DNA from: an uncultured bacterium
GTDB taxonomy: Bacteria; Bacteroidota; Rhodothermia; Rhodothermales; DASSAV01
Assembly (NCBI GenBank): GCA_966250015.1
Contig: CBINFS010000017.1
Span: forward strand, 3,142 to 67,141
Length of the DNA: 64,000 bases
Direction of reading: 5' to 3'
The notes beneath the pieces were generated by a model, which did no database searches, had not been told where the DNA came from, and was given only the letters and a program-made list of their open reading frames with translations. How positions within the stretch are numbered: the stretch's first letter is position 1; the number at the start of each line of letters is the position of its first letter. Below, in pieces: positions 48,968 to 59,512 of this stretch. Made by a program: the position numbers and the translations under genes.

Positions 48968-49148
48968 AGGTGGCGGTTAGCAGTTTAGAGAGAATGACAC
49001 CTCTAACGAAAAAGTCCCGAATATCCTCCCGCTCGCCTGTTGAATTACTGCCAATTCCGCCAGCGGAAAGAAAAGAGCAAAATAGGCGGCGGTGACGTAA
49101 GTTTGAAGCCTTCCGACCTTCTCCAGCACGTTTAGTCCGGTTCACCTG

Positions 49149-50171
49149 ATGCTACCCCGCGTTTCCATCGTGATCGTATCGTGGAACGCCAGGCCGCTCT
49201 TGCAGCAATGCTTGCCGTCGGTGGTAGCCACGGATTACCCCGACCTGGAGATCATCCTTGCCGACAACGCGTCGACCGACGGCTCGGCGGAATGGGTTGC
49301 CGAACACTTCCCCTCCGTTCGTGTGGTGAGGCACCCGGAGAACTGGGCCTTCTGCCGTGGAAACAACGAGGCCATTCCTCACACGACGGGGGAATTCATC
49401 GTGCTGTTGAACAACGACGTCGAGGTGCCCGCCGGCTGGCTACATCCCCTCGTCGAGGTTATGCTGTCGGAACCGGACGTGGCAGCTGTTGGGCCCAAGC
49501 TCCTCCAGTATACCCGCCGTGACCGGTTCGAATACGCCGGGGCCGCCGGAGGCTTCCTCGACCGGGACGGCTACCCGTTTGCCCGGGGACGCATATTCAA
49601 CACCCTCGAGTCTGACCTCGGACAGTACGATGAACCCCGCGACGTCTTCTGGATCTCCGGAGCCGCCATCGTGTTACGGCGGACCGCCCTGGAAAAGGTA
49701 GGCCTGCTCGACGAGCAGTTTTACATGCACATGGAGGAAATCGACCTGTGCTGGCGCTTGAAGCGGGCAGGCTTTCGCATTCGGTCCATTCCTCAGAGCG
49801 TTGCCTACCACATCGGAGGAAGCTCACTGCCTAAGGGAGACGCCCGGAAGACGTATCTCAACTTCCGGAACAACCTCCTGATGCTGTACAAAAACCTGCC
49901 CCCGGGCGTCTGGAGACGAACGTTTGCCAGGCGCGTCCTGCTGGATGGCGCCGCCGCCGTACGTGCCCTCCTTACGGGATCGGGCGGCGATGCGTCGGCG
50001 ATTGTCAGGGCATACGCTGACGCCCACCGGATGAGCAAATCGTATCGCGACAGCCGCCCGGGCGCCTCCGAAACCCCGGTGCTTCCACCCTATCGAGGCA
50101 GCATCGTCGCCGACTATTTCCTCCGCGGCCGTCGGCATTTCTCCGACCTGCCGGAACGGCTATTCAGGTAG
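49149..50171 (+). CDS. GT2 glycosyltransferase (WbbL-like)
   Basis: VIVSWN, DNASTDGS, LLNNDVEV, FEYAGAAGG, HMEEIDLCWR. Confidence 0.92.
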   Translation: MLPRVSIVIVSWNARPLLQQCLPSVVATDYPDLEIILADNASTDGSAEWVAEHFPSVRVVRHPENWAFCRGNNEAIPHTTGEFIVLLNNDVEVPAGWLHPLVEVMLSEPDVAAVGPKLLQYTRRDRFEYAGAAGGFLDRDGYPFARGRIFNTLESDLGQYDEPRDVFWISGAAIVLRRTALEKVGLLDEQFYMHMEEIDLCWRLKRAGFRIRSIPQSVAYHIGGSSLPKGDARKTYLNFRNNLLMLYKNLPPGVWRRTFARRVLLDGAAAVRALLTGSGGDASAIVRAYADAHRMSKSYRDSRPGASETPVLPPYRGSIVADYFLRGRRHFSDLPERLFR

Positions 50172-51141
50172 GCCTTTGCGCAACTTCCTCACTGGCTGCT
50201 TCGGCTGATACTGGACGCGCACGTCGAATGGGCAGCACGGTGAAGGTGATCGCCGCCAGAACGAGCAACGTTCCGGCAAGTGTGATCACGGTAGGGGCTT
50301 CGCCAAAAAATGCATACGCCATAAAGGAAGCCCCCACCGGTTCGAACAGGGTAAATAGCCCCAGAAGGGCTGCGTTAAAGAACCGGAGGGCAAAATTGAT
50401 CGACCCGTGACCGAAGATCTGCGGCCCGAGCGCCATCAGCGCGCACAGGCCGTAAAACTCCGGGCCGTACGAGAACAGCGGGACGCCGCGAACGAGCGCC
50501 ATCAGGAGGATGGTCACGGCGGAAGCCGTATACAATGGGAACACGTACGCCAGGAAGGACACGTTTTGCCTGACGACCCGCCCGATCAGCATGTAGACGC
50601 TCACGAACAGGGCGGCGAGGAGGGCCAGCGCATTCCCGAAGAGCGCGCCCCCAAAGGCCTGATCCGAAGCATCCCCGATCCCAATCAGCGTCGCCCCCGC
50701 CACCGCTATCCCGATGGAAACCACCTCCTTGAGCCGCAACCGTTCCTTCAAAAACAGAAAGCCCAGCACGGCCAGGAAGAGCGGGCTCATCGTGACCAGC
50801 ACGGACGCGCTGGCCACCGAGGTGTGATAGAGCGACTCGATCCAGGTCACGAAGTGCAACCCCAGCGTGACACCGGCAAGGCCAACCAGTACGTAGTCGC
50901 GACGGCTGAGCCGCTTCAAATCCCCGCCGATGCGCGGCAGCGCAAAAGGCGCAAGAAAAAGTACGGTCAGCGTCGTCCGCCAGACGGCAATCGCCAGTCC
51001 AGGCGCGTCAGAGGCAAAACGGACCAGGATCGGGCTGAAGGCGAAGCTCGCAATACCCAGCACCAGAACGGGGTAAACGATGAAGGGTCGGTCCTGGGAA
51101 TGGTTCGAACGCACGTCGCGCTTCAAGTTCAAGCCCTGCAA
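50164..51141 (-). CDS. DMT/EamA transporter
   Basis: About 10 TMs; HF..W..SL.HTSVAS; FEPVGAS. Confidence 0.9.
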   Translation of the reverse strand: MQGLNLKRDVRSNHSQDRPFIVYPVLVLGIASFAFSPILVRFASDAPGLAIAVWRTTLTVLFLAPFALPRIGGDLKRLSRRDYVLVGLAGVTLGLHFVTWIESLYHTSVASASVLVTMSPLFLAVLGFLFLKERLRLKEVVSIGIAVAGATLIGIGDASDQAFGGALFGNALALLAALFVSVYMLIGRVVRQNVSFLAYVFPLYTASAVTILLMALVRGVPLFSYGPEFYGLCALMALGPQIFGHGSINFALRFFNAALLGLFTLFEPVGASFMAYAFFGEAPTVITLAGTLLVLAAITFTVLPIRRARPVSAEAASEEVAQRPT

Positions 51142-51171
51142 AAGACTGGTCGAAGGAGAAAGAGGCCAGGC

Positions 51172-51597
51172 TCAGCGGAGCCGGTCCATCGAACGGACCA
51201 GCTTGATGTCGTGCTCTATTCCACGGCGGGCGAGGTAGAACAGGATGTAGGCCGCCACGGGCAATAAGAGCGTTACGATCCTCCCAACCTGAGGCTCACC
51301 GCCTGACCGGATTCCCAGCTCGGACGTCATGGTCAGCCCGCCGAAGAGGACGATGATCAACAGAAGCAGGGCTCCCTGAGCGTAGGTGACGACCTTACGC
51401 TGCTTCTCCCTGTTCTTGTACAGAAAAATGGCGGCGCCGGCGAGCAGGACGGTCAGCGCGAGCGTGGCCAAAAGCGCTGGTGCAAACCAAACGAGGGTTT
51501 CAGTGGCCTGGCTCTGCCACACGACGTCAAAAAAGAGCAAGGCCAGGAGAGCAATGATGCCAAGGGCAAGATAAACGGTCTGAATACGCTGGATCAT
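51172..51597 (-). CDS. DUF4293 family membrane protein
   Basis: MIQRIQTVYL start, IFLYKNREKQ, LARRGIEHDIKLVRSMDRLR end. Confidence 0.9.
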   Translation of the reverse strand: MIQRIQTVYLALGIIALLALLFFDVVWQSQATETLVWFAPALLATLALTVLLAGAAIFLYKNREKQRKVVTYAQGALLLLIIVLFGGLTMTSELGIRSGGEPQVGRIVTLLLPVAAYILFYLARRGIEHDIKLVRSMDRLR

Positions 51598-51747
51598 GTC
51601 AGGCTGATAAACAGCAATTACCTTTTCGAGAAAATAAAACCGGAGCCGTAAACTACGCAGGGATGCGCGAATACGGACTTGAATTTTTTAGTAGTTGCCC
51701 GGATCGCGGGTGGACCAGCCGGGATCGCCGCGGTCAACTGTGAAGAG

Positions 51748-52767
51748 CTACCCGAGGATGGATGCCACCTTCTCGGCGATACACGAGGCGAACTGGCTGG
51801 TGGAGGCATTGCCCCCCAGGTCAGGCGTCCGGCATCGACCCTCGTCGAGCGTTTCGTAGAGGGCTTGCTGTATGGCGTTCGCCGCGTCGATTTCGCCGAG
51901 ATGCCGCAACATCATCTCAGCGCTCCTGATCAGAGCCGTCGGGTTGGCGACGTTCTTGCCCGCGATGTCGGGGGCGCTTCCGTGAACCGCCTCAAACACT
52001 GCGTACTCTTCCCCGATGTTGGCTCCAGCCACCATGCCCAGTCCACCGACCAGCCCCGCCGCAAGGTCGCTCAGAATGTCGCCGAAGAGGTTCGTCGAGA
52101 CAATGCACCGGTAATCTTGCGGCCGCATGACGAGCTGCATCGCCATGTTGTCGATGATCCGATCGTTGAACTCGAGATCAGGGTACTCCTCGGACATCTT
52201 GCGCCCCATGTCCAGAAACATTCCCGAGCTGAGCTTCAGGATGTTGGCTTTGTGAACCAGCGTCACTTTTCCTAATCCGTGCTTTCGCGCGTACTCGAAA
52301 GCAAAGCGCAGGATGCGCTCCGACCCGGCGCGTGTGATACGCTTGATCGAATCGGCGATTCCGAGCCGTTCGTCGTAGTTCTCGATCCCGGCGTAAAGTC
52401 CTTCCGTGTTCTCCCTGAAAATGACCAGGTCGACGTTTTTGAACGGCGTTTCGATCCCGGGAACGGTCTTGCACGGCCGCACGGCAGCGAACAGATCGAG
52501 CTTCTGCCGCAATTGTACATTAACGCTCTTGAAGCCCGTCCCCACCGGGGTGGTTACCGGGCCTTTGAGCGCCACCTTGTTCTTTTTAATCGATTCCAGA
52601 ATCGAGGCAGGCAGCGGTTCTCCGAAAGCCTCGATGGCAGAAGCCCCGATTGCATCGAATCGTTCCCACTCGAAATGGATACCGGTGGCTTCGAGAACGG
52701 TCAGGGTGGCATCGACGACCTCAGGACCGATACCGTCGCCAGGGAGAAGCGTTACGCGATACGTCAT
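51748..52767 (-). CDS. Isocitrate/isopropylmalate dehydrogenase family (NAD-IDH-like)
   Basis: PGDGIGPEV, KGPVTTPVG, RENTEGLY, HKANI, NLFGDILSD, EAVHGSAPDIAG. Confidence 0.9.
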   Translation of the reverse strand: MTYRVTLLPGDGIGPEVVDATLTVLEATGIHFEWERFDAIGASAIEAFGEPLPASILESIKKNKVALKGPVTTPVGTGFKSVNVQLRQKLDLFAAVRPCKTVPGIETPFKNVDLVIFRENTEGLYAGIENYDERLGIADSIKRITRAGSERILRFAFEYARKHGLGKVTLVHKANILKLSSGMFLDMGRKMSEEYPDLEFNDRIIDNMAMQLVMRPQDYRCIVSTNLFGDILSDLAAGLVGGLGMVAGANIGEEYAVFEAVHGSAPDIAGKNVANPTALIRSAEMMLRHLGEIDAANAIQQALYETLDEGRCRTPDLGGNASTSQFASCIAEKVASILG

Positions 52768-52869
52768 ATGAAGACACTTCCAGGTCCGGGAAAAGGGATC
52801 AGGAAAGAAACGAAAGCGGCCGGGCGGTTGAGGGACGACGCTTCCGGCACACTGACGGGGCTAAAATAC

Positions 52870-52902
52870 GCAAAAAGCCCCACCACCGGTGGAGCTTTTT
52901 GC
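52870..52902. terminator. Terminator downstream of exbD
   Basis: gcaaaaagc-cccacc...ggtggagctttttgc. Confidence 0.75.
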
Positions 52903-52922
52903 CTTATCGCGTAAAGACGTCG

Positions 52923-53372
52923 TTACTGGACGTACTGTCGTTTCGTTGAATAGTTGATACGCAGGGTACCGGCTTCTCTGAACTCCTGCTGCACGTCGGT
53001 AACGTAGCCCATCTGAGCGTCCTCATCCACACGGAGCGAGACGATAAGCTTGGGGTTTTCCATCAGCTTATTGTACATGATCGTACGGATGTTCGTAAGC
53101 TCGGTAATCAGGGCGTCGTCGATCTGGACGGCCATCTCCCCTACCTGATTGCCGCTGATCTTCCTCGGCCCGACGTAGACGAACGAAACGAGGCGTTTCT
53201 GCTCGATCTTTTCAAGCGCTTCCGCCTGCGGCAGGACCGTCCGAACCTCGATCGTCTCCGTCCTCATTACTGTTGTGGTCATGAAGAAGATCAACAGAAT
53301 GAAGATGATGTCAGGCATCGACGCGGTAGGGATCTCCTGACTCGTCTGAGATGACTTTTTAAAATGCGCCAT
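52923..53372 (-). CDS. exbD: ExbD/TolR family protein
   Basis: TASMPDIIFILLIFFM. Confidence 0.9.
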   Translation of the reverse strand: MAHFKKSSQTSQEIPTASMPDIIFILLIFFMTTTVMRTETIEVRTVLPQAEALEKIEQKRLVSFVYVGPRKISGNQVGEMAVQIDDALITELTNIRTIMYNKLMENPKLIVSLRVDEDAQMGYVTDVQQEFREAGTLRINYSTKRQYVQ

Positions 53373-53446
53373 AATACTAAACCTCTGTCAGAGTAATCGA
53401 AACACCGGCGGAAGGTGCTCATCCGTGGATCCGCCCGAGTTCACTA

Positions 53447-54019
53447 TCAGGTCCCCCCTTGTCCGACATCAGGCTCGGCAAGGGAGAGGTTGAACTTCAG
53501 TTTCTCACGGATGACGTTCTCATCATCGATGCCGAGGGAGGCCCTGTACGTGTTGTAGTCGGGGTAGCCCAACTGCCGCGCCTCCTGGTCCCACATCTCG
53601 ACGTAGGCCATCTTGATCTCGTCGAGCACGTTGATGTAGTCGTTGTAGGAAGTCTGACGGGCAGTTTTCAGCGATACCACGGCGTGATCGGGATCTTCCG
53701 AATAGTTGGGATCCTGACCGTAGTTCAGCACGTGTTTTTTGACCTCTTCCCGGATCCGGTTGACAGCCGACGGCTTGTCTTCGAGCAACACCTGCCCCTG
53801 TTCGTTGACAAGGATTTTGAGCATGTTGCGGTCACGAACCGGCGGAGGGTCCACGTTTTCGTCGAGCTTGGGAGGCAGGGTCATGCCGATCCCGGTGTCG
53901 ATGTCAAAGTTTGTGGTAACCAGGAAGAAGATGAGTAGGAGGAAGGAGATATCGGCCATAGACGCCGTTGGAATATCACCACTCGGTCTAGACCTCTTCT
54001 TCTTGAGCAATCCGGCCAT
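53447..54019 (-). CDS. exbD: ExbD/TolR family protein
   Basis: TASMADISFLLLIFFLVTT. Confidence 0.9.
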   Translation of the reverse strand: MAGLLKKKRSRPSGDIPTASMADISFLLLIFFLVTTNFDIDTGIGMTLPPKLDENVDPPPVRDRNMLKILVNEQGQVLLEDKPSAVNRIREEVKKHVLNYGQDPNYSEDPDHAVVSLKTARQTSYNDYINVLDEIKMAYVEMWDQEARQLGYPDYNTYRASLGIDDENVIREKLKFNLSLAEPDVGQGGT

Positions 54020-54101
54020 AGCACTCTCTATTTTTGTCTTGCGTGTACGCGACGTCTTCCGTCGCGCACAACGCCAGCGTTTTTATATAACCTGGCTGAG
54101 A

Positions 54102-54377
54102 TTACTGGAGGATGAAGCGCCGAATACCGGTGTAAACGAGCGCTAACACTGCCAGGCCCCCGGCTACCATCACAGCCAGGAGGGAAGCCCGCACCCATTC
54201 CCCAATAACCAGCCCTAAGACTAACCAGATGGCCAGAGGGATCACCATAACGATGACCGACCCGCTGCTCATCTTACCGTAGGTCAGGTTCCGGATGCCG
54301 AAGCCTATGATGGCAAGGATGCCAAGGCCGCCAATGATGAAGCACGCCCACATGGCGTACGGAATAATTGCGTTCAT
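54102..54377 (-). CDS. Small 3-TM membrane protein of the exb operon
   Basis: Hydrophobic ORF between exbB and exbD. Confidence 0.75.
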   Translation of the reverse strand: MNAIIPYAMWACFIIGGLGILAIIGFGIRNLTYGKMSSGSVIVMVIPLAIWLVLGLVIGEWVRASLLAVMVAGGLAVLALVYTGIRRFILQ

Positions 54378-54428
54378 TTTTGATTTCGTCTGCTAATTGG
54401 GCTCATTCGTTATCCAAACTCCGGAACG

Positions 54429-55178
54429 TCAGCTGACCTTTTCCGGACCGGATTCTGCCTTCTTGGCCGCCACAGGAGCCGTGGTCAGCGGACGACCAGA
54501 CTGGAGCAGAACGAGCGAGTCAATGAGCTCGATGGACGCCTCTTCCATGTCAACCACGATGCGGTCGATCTTCGACAGCGTGTAGTTGTAGAAGAATTGG
54601 AGGATCAGAGCGGAGATCAGACCAAACACCGTCGTGAGGAGGGCGACCTTGATACCTTCAGCAACGAGGGATGGAGAAATGTCGCCGGCTGCCTGGATGG
54701 CGTCGAACGCCGTAACCATACCGATAACCGTTCCAAGGAAGCCGAACATCGGGGCCATCGAAATACAGAGGGACAACCAGACGAGACCGCGCTCGAGGAA
54801 GCTCATTTCAATAGAACCGTACGACACGATCGCTTTCTCTACGGCTTCGATCCCTTCATCGGCACGAAGAAGACCGGCCTGGAACACGGAGGCAACCGGA
54901 CCACGCGTATTGGCGCAAACCTCTTCCGCAGCGGAGATGCCGCCCTCTTCGAGCGCCTTCTTCACTTTGATGAGGAACTTGCGCGTGTTGATGTCGGCAC
55001 GGTTGAGCGTGATCACGCGCTCGAACGAAATGGCCAGACCGACGATCAGAATGACGAGAATGGGCCACATGAAGCCACCACCCTCATTGAAGTACCGCAC
55101 CAGAGCGTTGATTAAGTCTTCTTCGGCGGCTGCCGCGACTTCCTGCGGCAACATCATGAGCAAGCTCAAAACCTTCAT
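54429..55178 (-). CDS. exbB: MotA/TolQ/ExbB proton channel
   Basis: EGG.FMWPI, APMFGFLGTVIGM..AF, IKVALLTT. Confidence 0.93.
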   Translation of the reverse strand: MKVLSLLMMLPQEVAAAAEEDLINALVRYFNEGGGFMWPILVILIVGLAISFERVITLNRADINTRKFLIKVKKALEEGGISAAEEVCANTRGPVASVFQAGLLRADEGIEAVEKAIVSYGSIEMSFLERGLVWLSLCISMAPMFGFLGTVIGMVTAFDAIQAAGDISPSLVAEGIKVALLTTVFGLISALILQFFYNYTLSKIDRIVVDMEEASIELIDSLVLLQSGRPLTTAPVAAKKAESGPEKVS

Positions 55179-55587
55179 GAATGAGTTCCTCCTGAAAAAC
55201 GAGCTGTTAAAAGGTTACTTGATAGGTTCAAAAAAACGCGGCGGCTGCCGGGATCAATATAAAAAGGTAGATGCCAGAAACGCTACGGTTGTTTTCTCGA
55301 GCACCGCCCCTCATCCCGTATTCGCTGTTTGCGAATCATACCCAAAAAAAGGCATGACCCGATTCATCTGCCGGATCGGCTCTAAAGTTAAGCGAACGAC
55401 AGATTAAACGTATACGCGGCCGGACAAAAACAAACTAATAAAGAACTACAATGATCACACACACTTGCACTACACAAAAAATCGAGTACGTCGAGATTTC
55501 ACGCGTCGCAACCGCTTCCGAGAACCCATAGGTGGCCCGAATCCGCTTCAATTGTAGATAGACACACAGACCCTGAGATAGTTGCTA

Positions 55588-55626
55588 AGAAAAATGCAGG
55601 GGGCGCGTAGCCCCCTGCATTTTTCT
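55588..55626. terminator. Bidirectional-type terminator downstream of the S41 protease
   Basis: agaaaaatgcagggggc/gccccctgcatttttct perfect inverted repeat. Confidence 0.85.
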
Positions 55627-55630
55627 CATT

Positions 55631-57343
55631 TCAGCGTTGCGGTATCGACGTGCCGGGGTCGTTGTAAGCGACGGCAAGCTCCTCGGCAGACTGCCAGAGC
55701 GTCATCGCTTCCTGCACGACGGGATCGATTTTGTTGTAAACAGGATACCACGCACTCAGGTCGTACAGCCGCCGTGCGATCTGGCCTTTGATCCTCGTCT
55801 CGATCAATTCACGTTCGGCTTCGACGTCTTCCCGGGTGAAATACGCGGGCATCCCTTCTTCATCCAGCTCTCCTTCAGGCGCCGGCCCGTCCACTATCTG
55901 AACGCCATGCTCCTGTGCATAGGCAATGTACTCTTCGAAGATCTCGTCGGACACCTTGAAGTTATCGATGAACTCCTGGCGCTTGTTCGCCCATTCCTGG
56001 TGGAATGCAGGACCGGCGTGATCGAGCCACTGGCGGGCAAACGACGTTTCAAGGCTCTTCACGAGCAAGGTGCGAAGCAGCGGCGAAATGCTGTCCACCT
56101 TGACGATGTGGTCGGGCAGGATGCCGCCCCCGCCAAAGACCGTGCGGCCGTGATCGGTTTTGAATTTCAGCGAGTCCGGGATGTGCTCGATGATTTCGTC
56201 GATGGTGTGCGTACGGTCCTCCAGCCGCTGCAACGCCTTATCCTTCAGGTAGGCCTCGCGGCTCCCGTTCTCGTAAGGCGTCTGAATGAGCCTTCCCGAC
56301 GGGGTATAGTAGCGGGAGATCGTCATGCGGAGCACACTGTCGTCGGTAAGCGGGAACTGCCGCTGGACGAGGCCCTTACCGAACGTCCGCCGCCCCACGA
56401 TGAGCGCCCTGTCGTGGTCCTGCAACGCACCCGCGACGATCTCGCTGGCAGACGCCGATGCTTCGTTCACGAGGACGATCACCGGCTCATCCTCAAACAT
56501 GCCCCCCGACTTGGCGTAGTAAACCTGGTTAAACTCAGGATGACGGCTGCGTGCGGACACGATCATCTGGTTTTCGCTCAGGAACTCGTCGCTGATGTTG
56601 ATCGCCATGTTCATGAATCCGCCCGCGTTGTACCGCAAATCCAGAATGAGGCGTTGCATGCCCTGCTTCTTCAAGTCGGCCATTGCGCGGGTGAACTCTT
56701 CGTGCGTCGTGGCGGCAAACCGGTTGAGCCGGATGTACCCGGTCCGGTCGTCAATCATGTAGGCCGCGTCGAGCGTAAAGATCGGAATCTTGTCGCGTAT
56801 GATTGTGTAGTGGAGCTCCTCCGATAGACCGGGACGCAGAATGGTGAGCTCAACTTTCGTTCCCCGGGGACCCTTCAAGGCGCGCTGCACGTCCTCATTG
56901 GAAAAGCCGATGGCGGACGAATCGTCAATCCTGATGATACGATCGCCGGAGAGTAATCCCGCCTCTTCGCTCGGCCCACCGGGAATCACACTTACCACGG
57001 TCAGGGTATCCGCTCCCTCGGGGCCTTCGATCAGCTCAAACTGGATCCCGATCCCTTCGAATGAGGCATCGAATTCCTCGTTCACCTTCCGCATCGTCTC
57101 GGCATCGATGTACACCGAGTGGGGGTCGAGGCCGTTGAGCATTCCTTTGACCGCGCTTTCCACGAGCGCCGCCGGGTCGACTCCCTCTACGTAGTACTTC
57201 TGAATGATGAGAAATGCGTTCTGTAGCTTCTGTAGCTGCTGATAGGTGTTATCGCCTGAAACTGCTGATCCGATTCGCATGCCGAGCAGAATACCTACTA
57301 CGAGCAAAGCGATTCCGAATGGGACTAACTTCTTTCTCCGCAT
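55631..57343 (-). CDS. S41 C-terminal processing protease (PDZ)
   Basis: LDPHS, FEGIG, DLRYNAGG, SASASEI, FGKGLVQ; start placed at MRRKK (57343). Confidence 0.93.
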   Translation of the reverse strand: MRRKKLVPFGIALLVVGILLGMRIGSAVSGDNTYQQLQKLQNAFLIIQKYYVEGVDPAALVESAVKGMLNGLDPHSVYIDAETMRKVNEEFDASFEGIGIQFELIEGPEGADTLTVVSVIPGGPSEEAGLLSGDRIIRIDDSSAIGFSNEDVQRALKGPRGTKVELTILRPGLSEELHYTIIRDKIPIFTLDAAYMIDDRTGYIRLNRFAATTHEEFTRAMADLKKQGMQRLILDLRYNAGGFMNMAINISDEFLSENQMIVSARSRHPEFNQVYYAKSGGMFEDEPVIVLVNEASASASEIVAGALQDHDRALIVGRRTFGKGLVQRQFPLTDDSVLRMTISRYYTPSGRLIQTPYENGSREAYLKDKALQRLEDRTHTIDEIIEHIPDSLKFKTDHGRTVFGGGGILPDHIVKVDSISPLLRTLLVKSLETSFARQWLDHAGPAFHQEWANKRQEFIDNFKVSDEIFEEYIAYAQEHGVQIVDGPAPEGELDEEGMPAYFTREDVEAERELIETRIKGQIARRLYDLSAWYPVYNKIDPVVQEAMTLWQSAEELAVAYNDPGTSIPQR

Positions 57344-57776
57344 AATCAGTTTGGGTAGGATCGGAAGCCCGTTGTACACGCCCGTGTGTTCCGGAAGCAA
57401 CAGCGAGCAAGGATAAGAACGATAGCCGCATACCGTCGAGTGGATTGCTTCGGACCGCAGCGACCTGGTTTTGATCTTTGATTCAAGTACACATGGTTTT
57501 TTGTACAATGTTCCAGATCAAGTGCTTGCATGGGGCGCACCGAAACACGATGCTCGTCACCGCCTCATTCGCCCTGCTGCCACGAAAAGCGGGGTATAAA
57601 ATATGATCTCATACGCAGGAAGTCGACGTACCTCTCTGCCGCCCACAGTTCAGTGTCCGGCGCACATTGATTGTTTTTGTATTATGAGAATGGCAGGCTC
57701 AAGCCGAGCCGGTCTCGAACGCCTCGTCCACGCTGACGTAGCCGGTAACCGGGTGAGGCCATTTTTGTTGTGATGG

Positions 57777-59486
57777 TTGGATATGACGAATAAGGAGATA
57801 GCCCGGGTGCTCAAGGAAGTGGGAGCGCTCATCGAGCTTTCGGGTGGGAATACATTCCGTTCGCGGGCCTATCTGAACGCTGCGCGGACCGTCGATCAGA
57901 TGGAGCTCCAGATCGGCACCCTGCCTCCCGACGTCGAGGTGCTCGACGTCCCGGGCATCGGAAAAGGGATCTTCGCGCAAATTCGCGAGCTGTTATGCAC
58001 TGGCACGTTCGACCTGCGGGAAGAGTTGCTCGGATCGCTGCCACCCGGCGTGGTCGAGCTTCTGAGCATCCGTGGATTGGGGGCAAAGCGGATCCGCCGG
58101 CTGTGGCAGGAGCTCGGCGTCGACTCCGTCGAGAAGCTCGAGGAGGCTGCACTTACCGGCCGCATTGCCACGCTTGGCGGGTTTGGACCAAAATCAGAAG
58201 AGCAAATCCTCAAGGCCGTTCAGTTTTATCGTTCTTCCCACTCGTACCGCCACATCGATGTCGCCTTTGCGCTGGTTGCTCCGCTGGTCGAGCAGCTCCG
58301 AGCACTCCCGGGAGTCGACCGCGTGGAGGTAGCCGGCGAGATGCGGCGTCGGCTGGAGATCGTCCAGCGCGCCGACGTAGTCGTGTCTACGTCTGACCGG
58401 AAAGCCACCGAAGTGGCATTGCCGGCCTCGTTTGTTAAGGTGGAGCACCCGGAAGCGGATGCCGTGTATGACGGCAAGCTCGAGGGCGGATTCCCGGCGC
58501 GTCTCGTAATGACCTCTCCTGAACGCTTCGGTTACACGCTCTGGCGTACGACGGGCTCGGAGGCTCACTGCGAAAAATTTTTTACGCGGTACGGACCGCC
58601 TGCGGAGACCGGGGAAGAGGCCGACCTCTACACCGGGATTGGCCTTTCCTACGTTCCACCGGAACTGCGTGAGGACCGCGGAGAGATCGAAGAGGCGGCT
58701 GCAGGAACGTTACCTGCGTTGATCGAGACCTTCGACCTGAAGGGCTGCTTACACAACCACACGACGTACAGCGACGGCGCTCACACGCTCCGTGAAATGG
58801 CCGAGGCCGCGCGGGCGATGGGCTACTCCTATTTTGCCGTCTGCGACCATAGCCGTTCCCTCAGCATCGCCAATGGACTGTCCATCGAGCGGCTCCGCGA
58901 GCAGCAGGCCGAGATTGCAGATCTTAACAGGCAATTTGCAGCCGATCGGGCCAAACCTTTCCGTATCTTCAGCGGTATCGAAAGCGACATCCTGGCCGAC
59001 GGCTCCCTGGACTACCCTGAGGATGTGCTCGACTCGCTCGACCTGGTGGTGGCCAGTGTCCATACCGGACTCAAAATGGACCGGGAAGAGGCGACGGAGC
59101 GTGTCCTCCGCGCAGTGAACAACCCGTACACGACCATCCTGGGGCACGCGACGGGTCGCCTGCTGCTGCAACGTGAGGGATACCCGCTCGACTTCGAACG
59201 CATCTTCGATGCCTGTGCACGTAACGGCGTAGCGATCGAGGTGAACGCCAACCCTCGCCGTCTCGACCTCGACTGGCGGTGGATCCGAATGGCTACCGAC
59301 CGGGGTGTTTTGATTTCGATAAACCCGGACGCCCATTCGACGTCTCAGCTCCACCTTGTGGAATGGGGCGTCGGCGTGGCAAGAAAAGGTCGATTGACAC
59401 CCGCTCAATGCCTGAATGCCCTCCCACTCGAGGCGTTCGAAGCGTGGTTGGCCGCTCGCCGAAAGAGTCGAAATGAGGCTCGCTGA
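57777..59486 (+). CDS. polX: DNA polymerase X / PHP exonuclease, polymerase active site altered
   Basis: FRSRAY, PGIGKG, GEMRR, TGS, PPELRE; PHP motifs HNHTTYSDG, CDHS, GH.TGRL, PDAH. Confidence 0.92.
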   Translation: MDMTNKEIARVLKEVGALIELSGGNTFRSRAYLNAARTVDQMELQIGTLPPDVEVLDVPGIGKGIFAQIRELLCTGTFDLREELLGSLPPGVVELLSIRGLGAKRIRRLWQELGVDSVEKLEEAALTGRIATLGGFGPKSEEQILKAVQFYRSSHSYRHIDVAFALVAPLVEQLRALPGVDRVEVAGEMRRRLEIVQRADVVVSTSDRKATEVALPASFVKVEHPEADAVYDGKLEGGFPARLVMTSPERFGYTLWRTTGSEAHCEKFFTRYGPPAETGEEADLYTGIGLSYVPPELREDRGEIEEAAAGTLPALIETFDLKGCLHNHTTYSDGAHTLREMAEAARAMGYSYFAVCDHSRSLSIANGLSIERLREQQAEIADLNRQFAADRAKPFRIFSGIESDILADGSLDYPEDVLDSLDLVVASVHTGLKMDREEATERVLRAVNNPYTTILGHATGRLLLQREGYPLDFERIFDACARNGVAIEVNANPRRLDLDWRWIRMATDRGVLISINPDAHSTSQLHLVEWGVGVARKGRLTPAQCLNALPLEAFEAWLAARRKSRNEAR

Positions 59487-59512
59487 ATTTGACCCGATAA
59501 CTCTGTAATTCT

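Noticed and set aside
55179-55587. tRNA or cobalamin riboswitch upstream of exbB
   Set aside because: No cloverleaf, T-loop GTTCRA in context, or B12-box motif found on either strand by eye
57487-57506. GTACA-N10-TGTAC palindrome between the S41 protease and polX as a damage-response operator
   Set aside because: Only 5-bp arms, and no second copy seen upstream of the polB or other repair genes
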